DNA of 58,207 nt, filler included, from Sphacelaria rigidula (lineage: Eukaryota), in NCBI GenBank assembly GCA_964200075.2. It is 6 parts of 6 records of this genome, joined end to end, with 100 filler letters (N's around TTAATTAATTAA, not from the genome) between each part and the next. Parts side by side here need not be neighbours in the genome. Positions count along the whole stretch, not along the records: positions 9,721 to 19,339 come from CAXNAA020008088.1; positions 19,440 to 29,057 come from CAXNAA020008089.1; 4 more parts are not named here. One strand, written 5' to 3'. Shown one piece after another: positions 12,580 through 23,743 of this stretch; positions within the stretch are counted from its first letter, which is position 1, and each line of letters opens with the position of its first letter. The translations under genes were made by a program, and so were the position numbers. The notes under the pieces are model-generated. The model saw only the letters and a program-made list of their open reading frames with translations, did no database searches and was not told the origin of the DNA.

Positions 12580-12594
12580 CCACCGCTCCAACCA
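12580..12594 (-). promoter_or_regulatory. Candidate tRNA primer-binding site
   Basis: Minus strand reads ...CA|TGGTTGGAGCGGTGG upstream of gag, the usual LTR-end CA plus TGG junction; no LTR pair can be shown. Confidence 0.45.
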
Positions 12595-12694
12595 TGCATG
12601 CGATTATACTGAAACCTACGGCTTGGTATCATTTGGCTACGAGGCGAAGGAATCGTCGATCAATGAAGCGAAAATGGGCAGCCATTTTTGCACA

Positions 12695-12910
12695 TTCGTG
12701 CGTTTTTCGCCATTTTCCCGGGTTTTCATCCCTCTCCCCCCTCCCTCCTTTTTTCCCGAAACGGGGGGAAAATGTCAATTTTGGGGCCGACTGCTTCAGT
12801 TTCGGCCGCTGACCCATGGAGGAGGCCGCGTAGAAAAGAATAATCGGGGTTCGACAAAAAATTACAAGGATTTCAAAAATATCATCGCCAAGGGCATCGG
12901 ATAAGGTTGA
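12695..12910. repeat. Non-coding segment shared with ~47525-47745, probable TE subterminal region
   Basis: ATTTTGG.G.CGACTG, TTCGACAAAAA...GATTTCAAAAA...ATCGCC.A.GGCAT.GGA in both copies, same orientation. Confidence 0.65.
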
Positions 12911-13046
12911 GGGCCCGTGTAAACCTAAGTGACTTTACCGATGTGTTGGAGGAAGTATGTATATTTATATGTATTTACACACACAAGGTTTCCTTCGGGA
13001 GGTTGGTACGGGTCTCCCGGGGGTGACGCATGTCGAAAATATGTGG

Positions 13047-13475
13047 TCAAGGGAGGCTGGTGTATCTCAATGTACAGTAGTTATCGTGGCTGTAGAGAAC
13101 ACCGCATGCGTTATCGGATGGTGGCTGGGGATAAGGTTTACCAACTTGAGTGACACGGATGTGAAGGTTATACAACTTTCGGGAGGCAAATATTTCGACA
13201 TGTGTGGCATATGCGTATGGATGCGACATGAGCTGAAGGTAATGTTGGACGTCATTGTACGTTTGGTCGGGATAACCAGCAGTCCGTATCTGCTCGAAAG
13301 CAGTTCCAGCCGAGATTGAAGCGTGCAGTGTCATTCACCCACAATCTGGAATTGGATCATGAAGGTGTTCGGAAATGTGTTGGGTGAGTGGCATTCTCAC
13401 TAATGTGTGGTCGTTGAAAACTCGTCGGGCAATACATCGTAGCAAGCAAGCTCCATCTTGAAGTTCATTGGCTAA
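13047..13475 (-). pseudogene. OTU-family cysteine protease (deubiquitinase) domain with an in-frame stop
   Basis: Cys box DGACLLRCIA, H..VR, YLQLMSHPYAYATHVEIFA...YNLHIRV and a degenerate His box LYSHDNY; ORFs 13335-14054 and 13047-13334 share a frame and are separated by one TGA. Confidence 0.75.
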
Positions 13476-15060
13476 CTCCCAAGTTCTTGGCGGATGTTTT
13501 TGGTCATCGTAATCATGGTTGTCGTCATTGTGGCCGCCACGGGAGCTGTCACCGTCACCGCTGTTGGAGCCTGTGTCACCGCTATCTCCATCACCACCAC
13601 TATTCTTGTCGCCTGAAGCAGTCTGGTTGTTACGACGACCGCGACTAGAAAATGCAACATCAGAGGCTGGAGGACGTCGCTCTGCGGCAGAAGCGATAAA
13701 TTCCGAACACGCAACGTTATGGGCGTAGGAATGGCGTATGACATGTGTGGTATTCCCGAAGTGCCAGAGTGCGAAGTAGCTCTCGTGCCAAAAAGGCATG
13801 ACAGCGGGAGGCACTTCCCGAAAAATTGGAATGCGTGGAGCATTCTTGGCGTGTTCTTTGCCACTTGGGAAGCTCGCGGATATGTTTTTCCAGTGCTTCG
13901 CTTTTCCTCTGCACATGCGAGTTGCGTCTCTTTTTGAAAGCCGGCCGAAAATTCCATCGGTCCTTTTGTTCACTGGACCATTGTTTTTAACGGGCATATT
14001 CTTGCAGTGCTGTTGTTTTCCGCTGCAGATGAAGGCTTGCATTTCTCTGGACATGAGACTGGTGGTTCTTGTCTGAAATGATTGTACATCGCTGTGAATT
14101 CCACATCACCGGGCTTTTTTTTCAAAACAGGGTGATTGTTTTTTGCGGCAAAATATTCCTGTGCTGCTATGCCTTGTTCAACTCGCCAACTCCCGTTGCA
14201 CGGTCTGGTGTTTGCTGCTGACTTAGGCCAAGGCAATGTTCAATTGTTTTCAACTGCTTTGCTCTCATGCCCTCGTGATATTGAAGGCATCACCGGTGTG
14301 TTCGTGATCCCAAATGAAGGAGAACGCGACAAAGATACACTCGGCGGAAAAATACCCCGCCAAAAGTGAACTGCTTCAAGTTTTCCATGATCTTCAACAG
14401 CCTTTTGTGGTTCGGATTCCTGTTTCTAGTGTTCCATGATCTTGAAAAAGGTTATGTGGTTCGGAATCGACACCCCGTGAAAAAAGGGTCAGTTTGGGCG
14501 ACTGTTGGTGGCCAGAACACGCTCCACAAGTATCAGATAACACCCAAACCGAAACGGTAATGTACTGCTGAGCCTTCTTAGTGCGCTGCAAAAGAAAGCG
14601 CGGAAAAAAATGCCCTGCCGCCAGAGAAACCTTGGCAATAGTAGTGAAAAATGTGAAATGATACATGTACATATACAAGTGTTGCACAATTGGTGACTAA
14701 CACGCGGTGGATATCATTTTCGGCGCTCACGACATGAACGTTTACAAAATCGAAAGACGCGATGGGTTGATCCACATGCGGAGCCAACGTGCACGCTGGC
14801 GCTGGTATTTCATACCAACGACCTCGACGTATTCGTTGACCATTTAACTACTACGGCGCACATAATCGGGTGTGGACACAGAGGCGTAGTTCACCCATAA
14901 TATCCTTTGGTTGAGACTGCACCAATCACGTGGGCACATGCCTGGCGAACCCATGTAGAACAACCGAAACGCAGCGTCAACGGCTGAACCACCGAGAAAG
15001 GGAAAACGTCCGCCCCGGTGATGCAACTGTTGTACACAGTAGTGTGTAGACACCCGCTTG
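13476..15060 (-). pseudogene. Decayed DDD/DDE-type transposase, Sola2-like (tentative), upstream of the OTU domain
   Basis: Motifs spread over shifting frames: GMCPRDWC..ILWVNY; KYQRQRARWLRMWINP; IASFDFVNVHVVSAENDI; VWVLSDTCG. Confidence 0.4.
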
Positions 15061-16231
15061 AGGACAAATTAGTGGTTAGCCAAGGAGGTTTGGGGGTGGA
15101 TCGCTTGGTTTTACGAGGCCTTCCCGACGGCCGGTGAATCTACGGAGAACTGCATTCGAGACCCCGTAGTCTCACGTGTTTCCTGCGCAACGAAGCAACA
15201 TGTGCACAGCACGTGCACAAGTGAGGCAGAGGGATTGCACGCACGCAAATACAGGCTGACACGGCAATGGCTTGGTGTAGTACATTCCCCCATCCCGATT
15301 GTTTCGCCGGGATTCACGGTGATGGATATGGGCATGCGGTCAGCGCTTTGTACTGTTCTGTACCGCATTTTGCCTTCAAGTATATCAAGGCTTAAAGCGG
15401 CGGCTCCCTTGGTGACTATACATCCCGATCAATGTTTCGCGTGTTTGAGCTGCCCGCCCGGACCATCCCGGGCTGTGTTGCCAGCACATGGTAGTAGCGA
15501 GAGACAACATAATCTCAACCGAGGTGCTTGCTATGGACCAAATATTGCTAACACACGTCGCTATTGTACTCGCATCATACCGCGTGCATCCTCTGACTGT
15601 GATGGGCGTGGTGCTGCTCAAGAGATTCCGGCGTTGCACGGTGACAACTGTCTAGCACCGCACTGTCGGTACTCTCGTGTAGATAAATATTTGGAGAATG
15701 AATCGTCTGCCGGGGACTGTAGTACGGCCCGAAACCACACGACTCTGATACTTTACGACTGTATTTTTTGTCGTGGACATGCATACATAATGTCGCGCGT
15801 GTACACGCATAGTGCTACGCCGATCATACGCTGCCTATATCCGCCGAAGACCACCCCCAACAGATATTTTGGACCATTATAATAGTAGGCCACGGTTCCT
15901 GAAGGGTTGACGCAATCACCAGTAGCCCCTGGTACCATTGTTCGCTGAATTACTGCTGACCCCGTGTCTGTGCGTGCCTTTGCCCCCTCAGCGATCAACT
16001 GCCCTCTTCAAGCTCCTGGATACCGACAACAACGGACTGGTAGACGCCATCGAATTCATTTGCGCACTTGCCTGTGCATCCGGTGAGACCAACGCACACT
16101 TCTAGTAGTTACACCCAGAACGGCTACTGGGAACGTTCGAAAATAGTGTTTTTAGCTTCGAGGGCGACAATTTGAGGGGGGGTACTCCCTAACCCGGCTG
16201 CCGAAATCCTGGTCAAACGTTTCGTGTATGC

Positions 16232-16348
16232 TAGACCAAAGGCGTGTGCCGGGGAGGGATGGGTTGATCCCTTGAGACCGCGGACTCGCCCCGAGGAAGA
16301 GGAGGGGTTCAAAGTGCGACAAATGAAACAAAATAAAATAAAATAATA
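16232..16348 (+). mobile_element. 5'-truncated copy of the tRNA-headed SINE family
   Basis: GGGATGGGTTGATCCCTTGAGACCGCGGACTCGCCCCGAGGAAGAGGAGGGGTTCAAAG followed by an (AAAAT)n tail. Confidence 0.75.
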
Positions 16349-17239
16349 GCGCTAACCCCAAACCGAACCCATCCTCAACGCATACCGAGGGCGCTCGGGT
16401 AAGGGTGATGTGTACGATGTCCGACGCAATGCGTGCGTTGGAAGCGCTCGATTGGAGCCAAAGTGTGTGTTGTGCACGCTGAGCATAACTGTATGCTCCG
16501 TAAAGATCCGAACATGATGGGAAACACGGGAACGAACTATGTTCTACTATCTATATCAAGAGTCGGACTATGGAGAACTCTACTGAACAGTTTGATGGTT
16601 TGGTGGAATATGACATAGCTAAACCCGCCCAAAAACACAACCACAGTAGCCTCCATGACGAATTCCTCCCGATTTGTTGATTGACTACAGGTTGGGAGAG
16701 ACACGATGTCTCGCTATGGAAAAGCAAACGGCTGCTGTATATGACATAAACGCGAAAACATACCCCGAAACGTTGACGCCTGGCTCGTGAAGAATTGAAA
16801 GTTGACGTATGTACCGTAGGCATCGACCTCACCGCGCGTAGCGCACGTCAACAGTATGTGCAACCCACCATTTCAGGCACCTGCGGGTTTGATATCTAAC
16901 CCCTCGAAGTCCGAGACGACAGCTCGTGGCAGTTGCGTTGGTCAGAGTGTCGATCATTTGGTCGAGGTGTTCATGCTGTTGCTGGTGCACTTATTCTTCC
17001 GTTTGAGCAATAAAACTTGTGTTTCGTTAGAGTGTGTCGCGCCAGTGCCTCACAAATCGGGTGCGCCGTCAGCTCTCACTCATGAAATCGCCACGCACAC
17101 GAGGTGGGTCAAGCAGTATCTTCACCTGATCTCGTTTTGGTTTTTGTTTGGTTGTAATCTCTCATCTGCTGGTGACGTACTCGCTGGTACTTTGCTTTTT
17201 TCACATCTTGTGATGTGTCTTTCCACTCTCTTGTTAAAA

Positions 17240-17529
17240 GCCGCGCCCCGGTGGTGTAATGGTCCGACTGTCGCCATTAGGGTGGAGAGAACGGGGGTTC
17301 GATTCCCGATGNNNNNNNNNNCCGTGGAAAGCGGGAGAACGTGAGTAAACAAAAAGTAGTCGACTAGGTTCGTGTGACGTGAGTTGACGCGGTGCGGGAG
17401 TGCTGATCCAATCCGCGAGACCAAAATGAAGGGCGCGTACAGGAGGAGAGATGGGTTGAACCTTTGAGACCACGGACTCACCCCGAGGAACGGGAGGGGT
17501 TCAAAGTGTGAGGGGGAAACAAAACAAAT
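17240..17529 (+). mobile_element. Full-length tRNA-derived SINE with target-site duplication
   Basis: A box TGGTGTAATGG, B box GGTTCGATTCC, conserved body and A-rich tail; flanked by TCTTGTTAAAAGC at 17229-17241 and 17530-17542 (the last 2 bp overlap the SINE start). Confidence 0.88.
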
Positions 17530-17637
17530 TCTTGTTAAAAGCTGACTGTCGCTAGAGACGTCCTGGGTACACAAGCAAGCTGAAGTAAGACTTTGCCAGC
17601 TAGCACTTGATGATAGAAGCTGCTCTCCTAGCGATTA

Positions 17638-18240
17638 CGAGCTGGGCCAGCTCAAAAGCTGCTAAAACTTGCTCACACCACAGCTTTCCCAGTTCCCCGA
17701 ATGAACCGGATGTAAGCATATCACTCTGAAGTGTAGACCAACCTGGTAACACACGGCATCGCCGCTGAATGAAAAACAAAATGAAGAAAAATGTACTGCA
17801 TAATGCATGGCCTTAACGACGGACGAAAACAAAAAGAGAATATGTCGGGATTCGAACTCATGACCTCCATAATTGGAGTCTCCCATCACTTGATTTACAG
17901 GGATGCAGCAGAGTCACGGAGAATGTTGAACGCACGGCCCAGTACGACTTTTCTTGAGCTGAAATTTCAGGAAGACCTTCTGCACCCAAGGAACTGATAC
18001 TTCACGTGCCCAGCTCAGATTTTCAATTTTGTTCCTGGACTTATGACATTATCTTGTTTTTGCTGAAATTCCAAATGCCTATACGTCCTTTTTTTTCCCC
18101 TTTTTTTTCTTTGCTGGTCCCGTGATCTTCTGCATTTCGATCATAAAAAGCTGCTGTCGAAATTTCAGCGTCTAACTCCTAATATCGCGCCGTGCGTCGC
18201 CTAAGCGAGACTCACACCTACTTTTGGCTGGCCCAGCTCG
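17638..18240. mobile_element. Non-autonomous Tc1/mariner-type TIR element (TA TSD)
   Basis: TA|CGAGCTGGGCCAGCTCAAAAG ... CTTTTGGCTGGCCCAGCTCG|TA; related ends at 8373 and 22402. Confidence 0.8.
17845..17910 (-). mobile_element. Degenerate tRNA-like head of a second SINE type inside the TIR element
   Basis: B box GAGTTCGAATCC on the minus strand at 17848-17859; no intact cloverleaf. Confidence 0.4.
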
Positions 18241-18765
18241 TAGCTCTTTCTGCTTTTTTCTGAGAGTGAGAAGCTTCGTGTTGTGGTGTTTCTCAGGTAC
18301 GCTAAGAGGAGTTACGACAACAAGAAAGTGGCGACCGGAACACTGAAATACTTGCAGGTTAACTGTCATTTGTGGTCATTTCCCGACTCTGACTGAAAAG
18401 TGTTATCTTTCATGCTTGAATGTCACTGTTGGAAAAACGTTCATCCAAACCCTCCTTGATCATTTCTGAAAAGTGGTTCGAAGATAAAACCCCAACCCAA
18501 CGGTGCACTGTCGCCTCATGCGTACTGTCTTGCGATTTTTGACCCAGGCAATTTCAAGAGTTCCACATCACCGCTGTAACGTTGGAGCAAGGAATGAGAC
18601 CCACTCACTGGCGTGGCTATCCGCTAGACGCGCATTGGATGAAGGCTGTGTCCCACGGACCAAAAACACCGCGAACTGAACCCCGTGAAGGAACTGACCA
18701 AACATTTCGTATACTAATTTCCATATCTCTCCTCGCTATATCGAACGTTTGCTGCTCCGCGCAAG

Positions 18766-18906
18766 GCATGAGCGTAACGGACACTCTGGAGTTCGTGCTG
18801 GGATGCTACGACTTCGATGGCAGCGGTCGTCTGACAATCGACGAGATCACTCTGGCCTTCAAGAGCACAGTCACCGGCTTGTGTAAACTGGAGGCGGCAA
18901 AGAAAG
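18766..18906 (+). CDS. Internal exon encoding an EF-hand calcium-binding motif
   Basis: MSVTDTLEFVLGCYDFDGSGRLTIDEITLAFKSTVTGLCKL with canonical loop DFDGSGRLTIDE; acceptor CAAG|; donor uncertain (GC at 18907 or GT at 18914). Confidence 0.75.
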
Positions 18907-19254
18907 GCGAGAGGTTCAAACATGGGATGTAGGGATGAAGAAATACCAGGCACTATGGAAACATTTCAAATCACTCTCGGATTACGATTGCCCATTCAAC
19001 ATCTCCGAGACACGAGGATAGTTTATTTTCTCCCCCTCCAGAACACTGTTGGTCTCGGTCATTCTCCACGCTGGTGTGCTTCCTCATTACGTCACCTTGC
19101 CAGGCAGAGGGAGCTTTCCAAGCAATCCGAGAACGATGGGCAGCATCCTCGGGTGTGCAGTCACAAACTAACTGCTGATATATGCCCATTTCACCTCCCT
19201 CCCCGCCTCTCCGCCTTCGTACTCTCCGCCCTCGTACTCACTTAAAACAAACAG

Positions 19255-19339
19255 AGACATGAGGCAATTGCAATGGCAATATAGCGTAAAGAACATGCAG
19301 AGAAAGAGACTGCCAGCTATAGTTGATAGGGCTGTATGG
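19255..19339 (+). mobile_element. LINE ORF2 C-terminal fragment, cut by the contig end
   Basis: Encodes WQYSVKNMQRKRLPAIVDRAVW; near-identical to ~39105-39171. Confidence 0.8.
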
Positions 19340-19439
19340 NNNNNNNNNNNNNNNNNNNNNNNNNNNNNNNNNNNNNNNNNNNNTTAATTAATTAANNNNN
19401 NNNNNNNNNNNNNNNNNNNNNNNNNNNNNNNNNNNNNNN
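19340..19439. other. Artificial contig spacer
   Basis: Same N44-TTAATTAATTAA-N44 structure. Confidence 0.97.
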
Positions 19440-19504
19440 CCACATATACCGAAAGGTGTAGACTGGCGTCCAGAATTAATGGGATGACAACACACACACA
19501 CACA

Positions 19505-20232
19505 CACAGTTGATGAGGCTGTATGGAAGAAAATTATCAAAGGGCATGCTAGAAGGTGGCATAAAGAAGTCGAGAAAGTATGGAAGTAGATAGGAGGAAA
19601 CCACGACGAAATACTGCCCATTGGTGAAGGCGCGGGGTACAAGACAAAAGTGAGATAAGAAGCGCTCAGACGCAAGGTAGACGAGGAAGAACACCTGAAG
19701 ATATACGGGTGGTTGAGAGAGGGGATCGGGATGAAAACATACCTGCACAGCCCCATGGACGATGCGAAAAAATTGGAAGTGCGATTTCGGGTGGGGGGCC
19801 TGGACCTGCAAGAAAGAAGAAAGATATATACTAGTCGCCGAAAGGACGAGGAAGTAGATAGACAGACTGCCTCTGTGGCAAAGCACTAGAGAGCAGAACT
19901 CATACAGTGGTAGAATGTGAACTATACAAGGAGGAACGGGACGTGCTAGAGGGGGAAATGCGGGACGTGAGCGAAGATGGCATGAAATCGTTTGATGCAT
20001 AAGACAGTAGAGAGACAACGATGGTGATACTAGGAGATAGATGGTGGCCAGAGACGGACGGCGAAACAGGACGGGGATAAGATATGTAAAAGGTTTTTGT
20101 GCAATGTTTGGAAGAAATGTAATGAGCGCCGGTATGTTGGAGGTGTCTCTATTAGGAGTAAGAACGGTGCTCCGTCTCAAAAGGGATGCGTGGTTAATGG
20201 TCAAACGACTAAGGCAAGCAACAAATGAATAC
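19505..20232 (+). mobile_element. LINE 3' fragment, same family as 38970-39892 and 44370-45716
   Basis: Collinear homology, e.g. GTAGACGAGGAAGAACACCTGAAGATATACGG, CTGCCTCTGTGGCAAAGC, GAACGGTGCTCCGTCT. Confidence 0.85.
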
Positions 20233-20287
20233 ACTGCCCCCCGGTAAATAGGCAATACTCGTTCTTTCTTGTCCTCGCGTCATACTT

Positions 20288-20462
20288 CCAACCCGTCCCC
20301 CGCCTTGCTCGGCATGAGTCCGCAGCCCCAGGAGATTAAGGGATCAACCCATCTTTCTCTCCGCCGGTAGGTAGAGGAACATAGACGCCTCACATGTTGT
20401 TGTTCATCGCGGGTCGGATCAGTCAGCACTTCACGCCGCCGCTCCCGCATAGGCTCGCGTCA
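20288..20462 (-). mobile_element. Partial, diverged SINE copy
   Basis: AAGGGATCAACCCATC and GAGTCCGC are the reverse complement of the SINE 3' region. Confidence 0.6.
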
Positions 20463-21030
20463 GTCAAGTATTTTTTTTTCAATACTACTTGAGCGTTCTC
20501 GCGTTTTCAGCAACAGGGGAACAAGTGGATATTTCTCTGAGCGAACAAGCCAAATGTATGCTCGCAGCTTCAAGCTCCTGCGGTAACAGGTGCCAGTCTC
20601 ACCAGACAGATAACGCTGTCGGGTCGCGGCGTGTTGTACTGTGCTGTACTGCACACACCGTCGGTAGAGGTTCCCCCGTAAGGCTGCAATTTTCCATATG
20701 GTTGGCGGTACTTGATTTTGAGTGTGAACACCGAGATATGTGTATGTATCTTCGGTGGGGTTGACTGTTCCGAGTGCTCCTCGCGTGCCCGGAACGCGTT
20801 TTCGTCCAAATCGGTGCCGCAGGCGCCGATTTAAGGTCTGGCAATCCACATTCCAGGAACTCTCATGTGTCAGGCTACTCAATCTGTAATGTTGATATAT
20901 GTATGCGGGCGTGTTTATGATGAAACCGTCGTGTCGACGGCACTTGGGCAAAATCCTGATCAATTCACTCTGGATTTGGGTACCACTCTGCATAGAGGAC
21001 TGCCGAGAGGTACAGCAGCGATCCACTGCA

Positions 21031-21240
21031 TTGATTGGTTGATTGATTGGTTGATTGATTGATTGATTGTCGCACTTCAAGTGGCCACCCATGGGTCCAG
21101 CCGTGGGCGCGTGATGGACGTACCCAAGAAAATCAAAACCGAAACACTCGTCCAAGAAAACGAAGAAGGAGCAGAAAAAAAGTCGAACATAACGACATAG
21201 TAGACGAAGACGTGAAACCAAAAAACAAACAGTGCATGCT
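21031..21240 (-). repeat. (CAAT)n-tailed repeat, copy 2
   Basis: (ATTG)n followed by TCGCAC.TCAAGTGGCC...CAGCCGTGGGCGCGTGATGGACG. Confidence 0.55.
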
Positions 21241-22401
21241 CTACTGATACAGCAGTCCCTAGGCGCTGTTGCTCGGCACCCCCCCTGCTCGAGTGTGCTC
21301 GGTCGCCTTGGGTTGGGGTTAGGGTTGCGGTTAGCGTTAGTTGAAGAATGGGTCAGCAATGGGGAGGTCGGAGCCGAATTGGGGTATGCCACCCCCCGGA
21401 CAACACCCACGGATGATGAGATTTCGGCTACTTTTGGCTCCATCTTGAGGTCTACAGTACCGTATCGGGGTACAGCGGGAGTCCCGGCAGTGTGGTGCGG
21501 TAGATCGCCTGGCCGGCATGACCGCATTATACGGGGACCCCACACTGTACGGGTATAGATAGCGCAGTTCAACGATTTATTGGTATAGCGAATCGGACCT
21601 TGGATAATAGCTCTTGCAATAAGTGCAAATAGTTTCAATAGGGAAAAGTGTACCGCGTGAAGTATCGAGACTCCTGCCTACTGTTAGCTTCCACTGGTGA
21701 CAAATGATTTTGACCGCACTGTGATGGGACCCCAGTGCACATGGTATACCACTCCCCGTCCATCCTACCCCCAAACGCCACGCCCGAGTGAAGTGATCAC
21801 TTCTAAGGTCCGGCGGGTTGTTTCTGTTTTCCACATATTTTCAAGTGATTCACTCAGGGTCCATCCATCTGATTGGAGTCTGACGCCCCAAGTGTTCAGG
21901 GGTGCTTTTCGGGAGGGGCAGGAGCATTTTATTCACTTGAAGCCGGCGAATTCAAACGTGAAAGATACGCCCCTGCGCATCGCACAGCAATAGTATCACA
22001 GCTATTTGGGCTCCTGAGAGGTTTAATAATCGATGAGCCAGTGCACTCTTCGTTGGGATATTATACCGATCGAACTCGTTCTTGCAAATCATGGACGCGT
22101 TTTGTTTTTTGGAACGAAAGACAATTGGAACAATCACCTGGGAAACCGACAACGAGCAAAACGTACAGACAAGAAAGTACGAAAAAAGAATGGGGGGGGA
22201 AGGACTATATTTTGTTCCGGGAAAGGGGGGTAGGGGAGGTTGGGGTGTGAGGGCCTTGTCTACGAGGAAATGTTTTTTCTGAGACCGTTTGTGCCGCGAA
22301 TCCCTCAGAGTAAGTGGCAGTAGCTGCCCTGTGTTTGTAGTACGGTGGTGTCCTCAATTTAGGGCGGTCTTCATCTTAACGCGAGACCTCACGTTCCGGT
22401 A

Positions 22402-22520
22402 CGAGCTGGGCCAGCGTAAAAGCGGATTTAAGCTCTAAAAGCAATATCTCATCGAAACAGACGAGTTGGGTCGTGATCCGCATATCGTGTTAATCGTCTA
22501 ATCAAGGGGAAGGTACTTCA
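22402..22520 (+). mobile_element. End of a TA-flanked TIR element (family of 17638-18240)
   Basis: TA|CGAGCTGGGCCAGC; the other end was not located. Confidence 0.6.
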
Positions 22521-23743
22521 CAAAACCCTCAAGCTCTACTTCACCCTGCGACATTTTTCATTTTCGAAAGCTTGCTGAGATAGTGCAATGTTTTCCCATT
22601 ATCGTTCACGTTCGACGAGGGCGAGATTCGACCCTCGACCCAAGCAGTCAGTGCCTGAAAGTGTGCGCGTAATAGGCAATATGCGGAGCCCTGATGGTGA
22701 ATCTGACGCTTGGATTCTGGAAAACGGAAATTTCGCGTAGACATGCATACACGTGATGAACACAGGTGGCACCAGACTGCAGAACAATTTCTTGGAGTTC
22801 GGTGAACTTCGGTGTCGCAGTTCTTTAGTTTTTCCTCGTCTCTTTTCGGGTTGTCTGTTATTTGGCAATCGCAGCCTTTATTGTATATGTGTAACACATG
22901 GCGTTCAAACGGTCAAGCGATTATGTTTATATTTCCGTACACCATAGGCGTCTGAATCGTGTAAGGGCGACATATGCGTGCGTCATATCAATATGATTTC
23001 AATCAACAACAATCATAAGCGCTGTGTTTGTTGTTGCCTGTTTGCAGGCATTTCTGTGTTCCTAAAATTCGATTTCTCGGCGTTCGGGGTTCGGTGAATT
23101 TAACAGCCGATTTACCGCGGTTCGGTGAGTTTTGGAGCCTGATTTTTTCTGTCTCTGTCTATACTGTCTGCATTCCTTGCAAGCAGTGTCTTGGGTGCGT
23201 GTGTGCGTGTTTCGTTCAGGAGGATATAGAAGAGAAGCGGGCAACGTGCAGTGCATACAGCCCAGGACTATCAGTTCTCTCTTCTTGCAATGCGACGTGA
23301 AGAGGACTTCAGCAACATGCAGCTTTGTGCTGCCTGCACTGTCCATGAGCCTGCACGCAACTCGGTTGCGCACCGTACCACGCAGTTCCGTCGCTGATCC
23401 CTACCATGAGAGAAGATGCAAAGTCAAGTTTTCGCCAACAAAAATAAACAGAGCACGACCAACTACTGTACTGCAGTGTTTCTATCCCTGGGCTCAACTC
23501 GTGCGCTATGCTGCAGGATGGCGGTGGTAGCTGAGAATGAGTTGGATGCAGTTTGCATGGTCCTGTGAAGAGGTGTTATCTGGCGTGGTGGTCTGTAAGA
23601 TAAGAGTCAAGTGCCGCTTCGTGCTTTTCGACCGCATGTTTTCGATCGAACACGTTTGTTTTCAACCTCGTTGCATTTTTCTCCGCGCGCCCCTAATTAT
23701 AATTGTGAGTTGAAGCCCTCTGGGAACATAAATGCGGTGCACA

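Larger units (their letters stand above)
9721..12594 (-). mobile_element. Ty3/Gypsy LTR retrotransposon internal region, decayed and internally deleted, truncated by the contig end
   Basis: Order gag (zinc knuckle) - aspartic protease - RT N-terminal part - pre-integrase linker; frameshifts and stops between ORFs. Confidence 0.9.

Noticed and set aside
17240..17310. Functional tRNA gene (also 24932, 17845, 46885, 55402)
   Set aside because: A and B boxes are present, but there is no convincing cloverleaf; the main copies continue into a repeated body with an A-rich tail and, at 17240, a TSD
21305..21342. Telomeric (TTAGGG)n tract (also CCCTAA units near 50266)
   Set aside because: Only one or two perfect units, interstitial
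20460..21638. 392-aa ORF as a gene
   Set aside because: It runs through microsatellites and an interspersed repeat and has no recognisable domain; most likely a chance ORF
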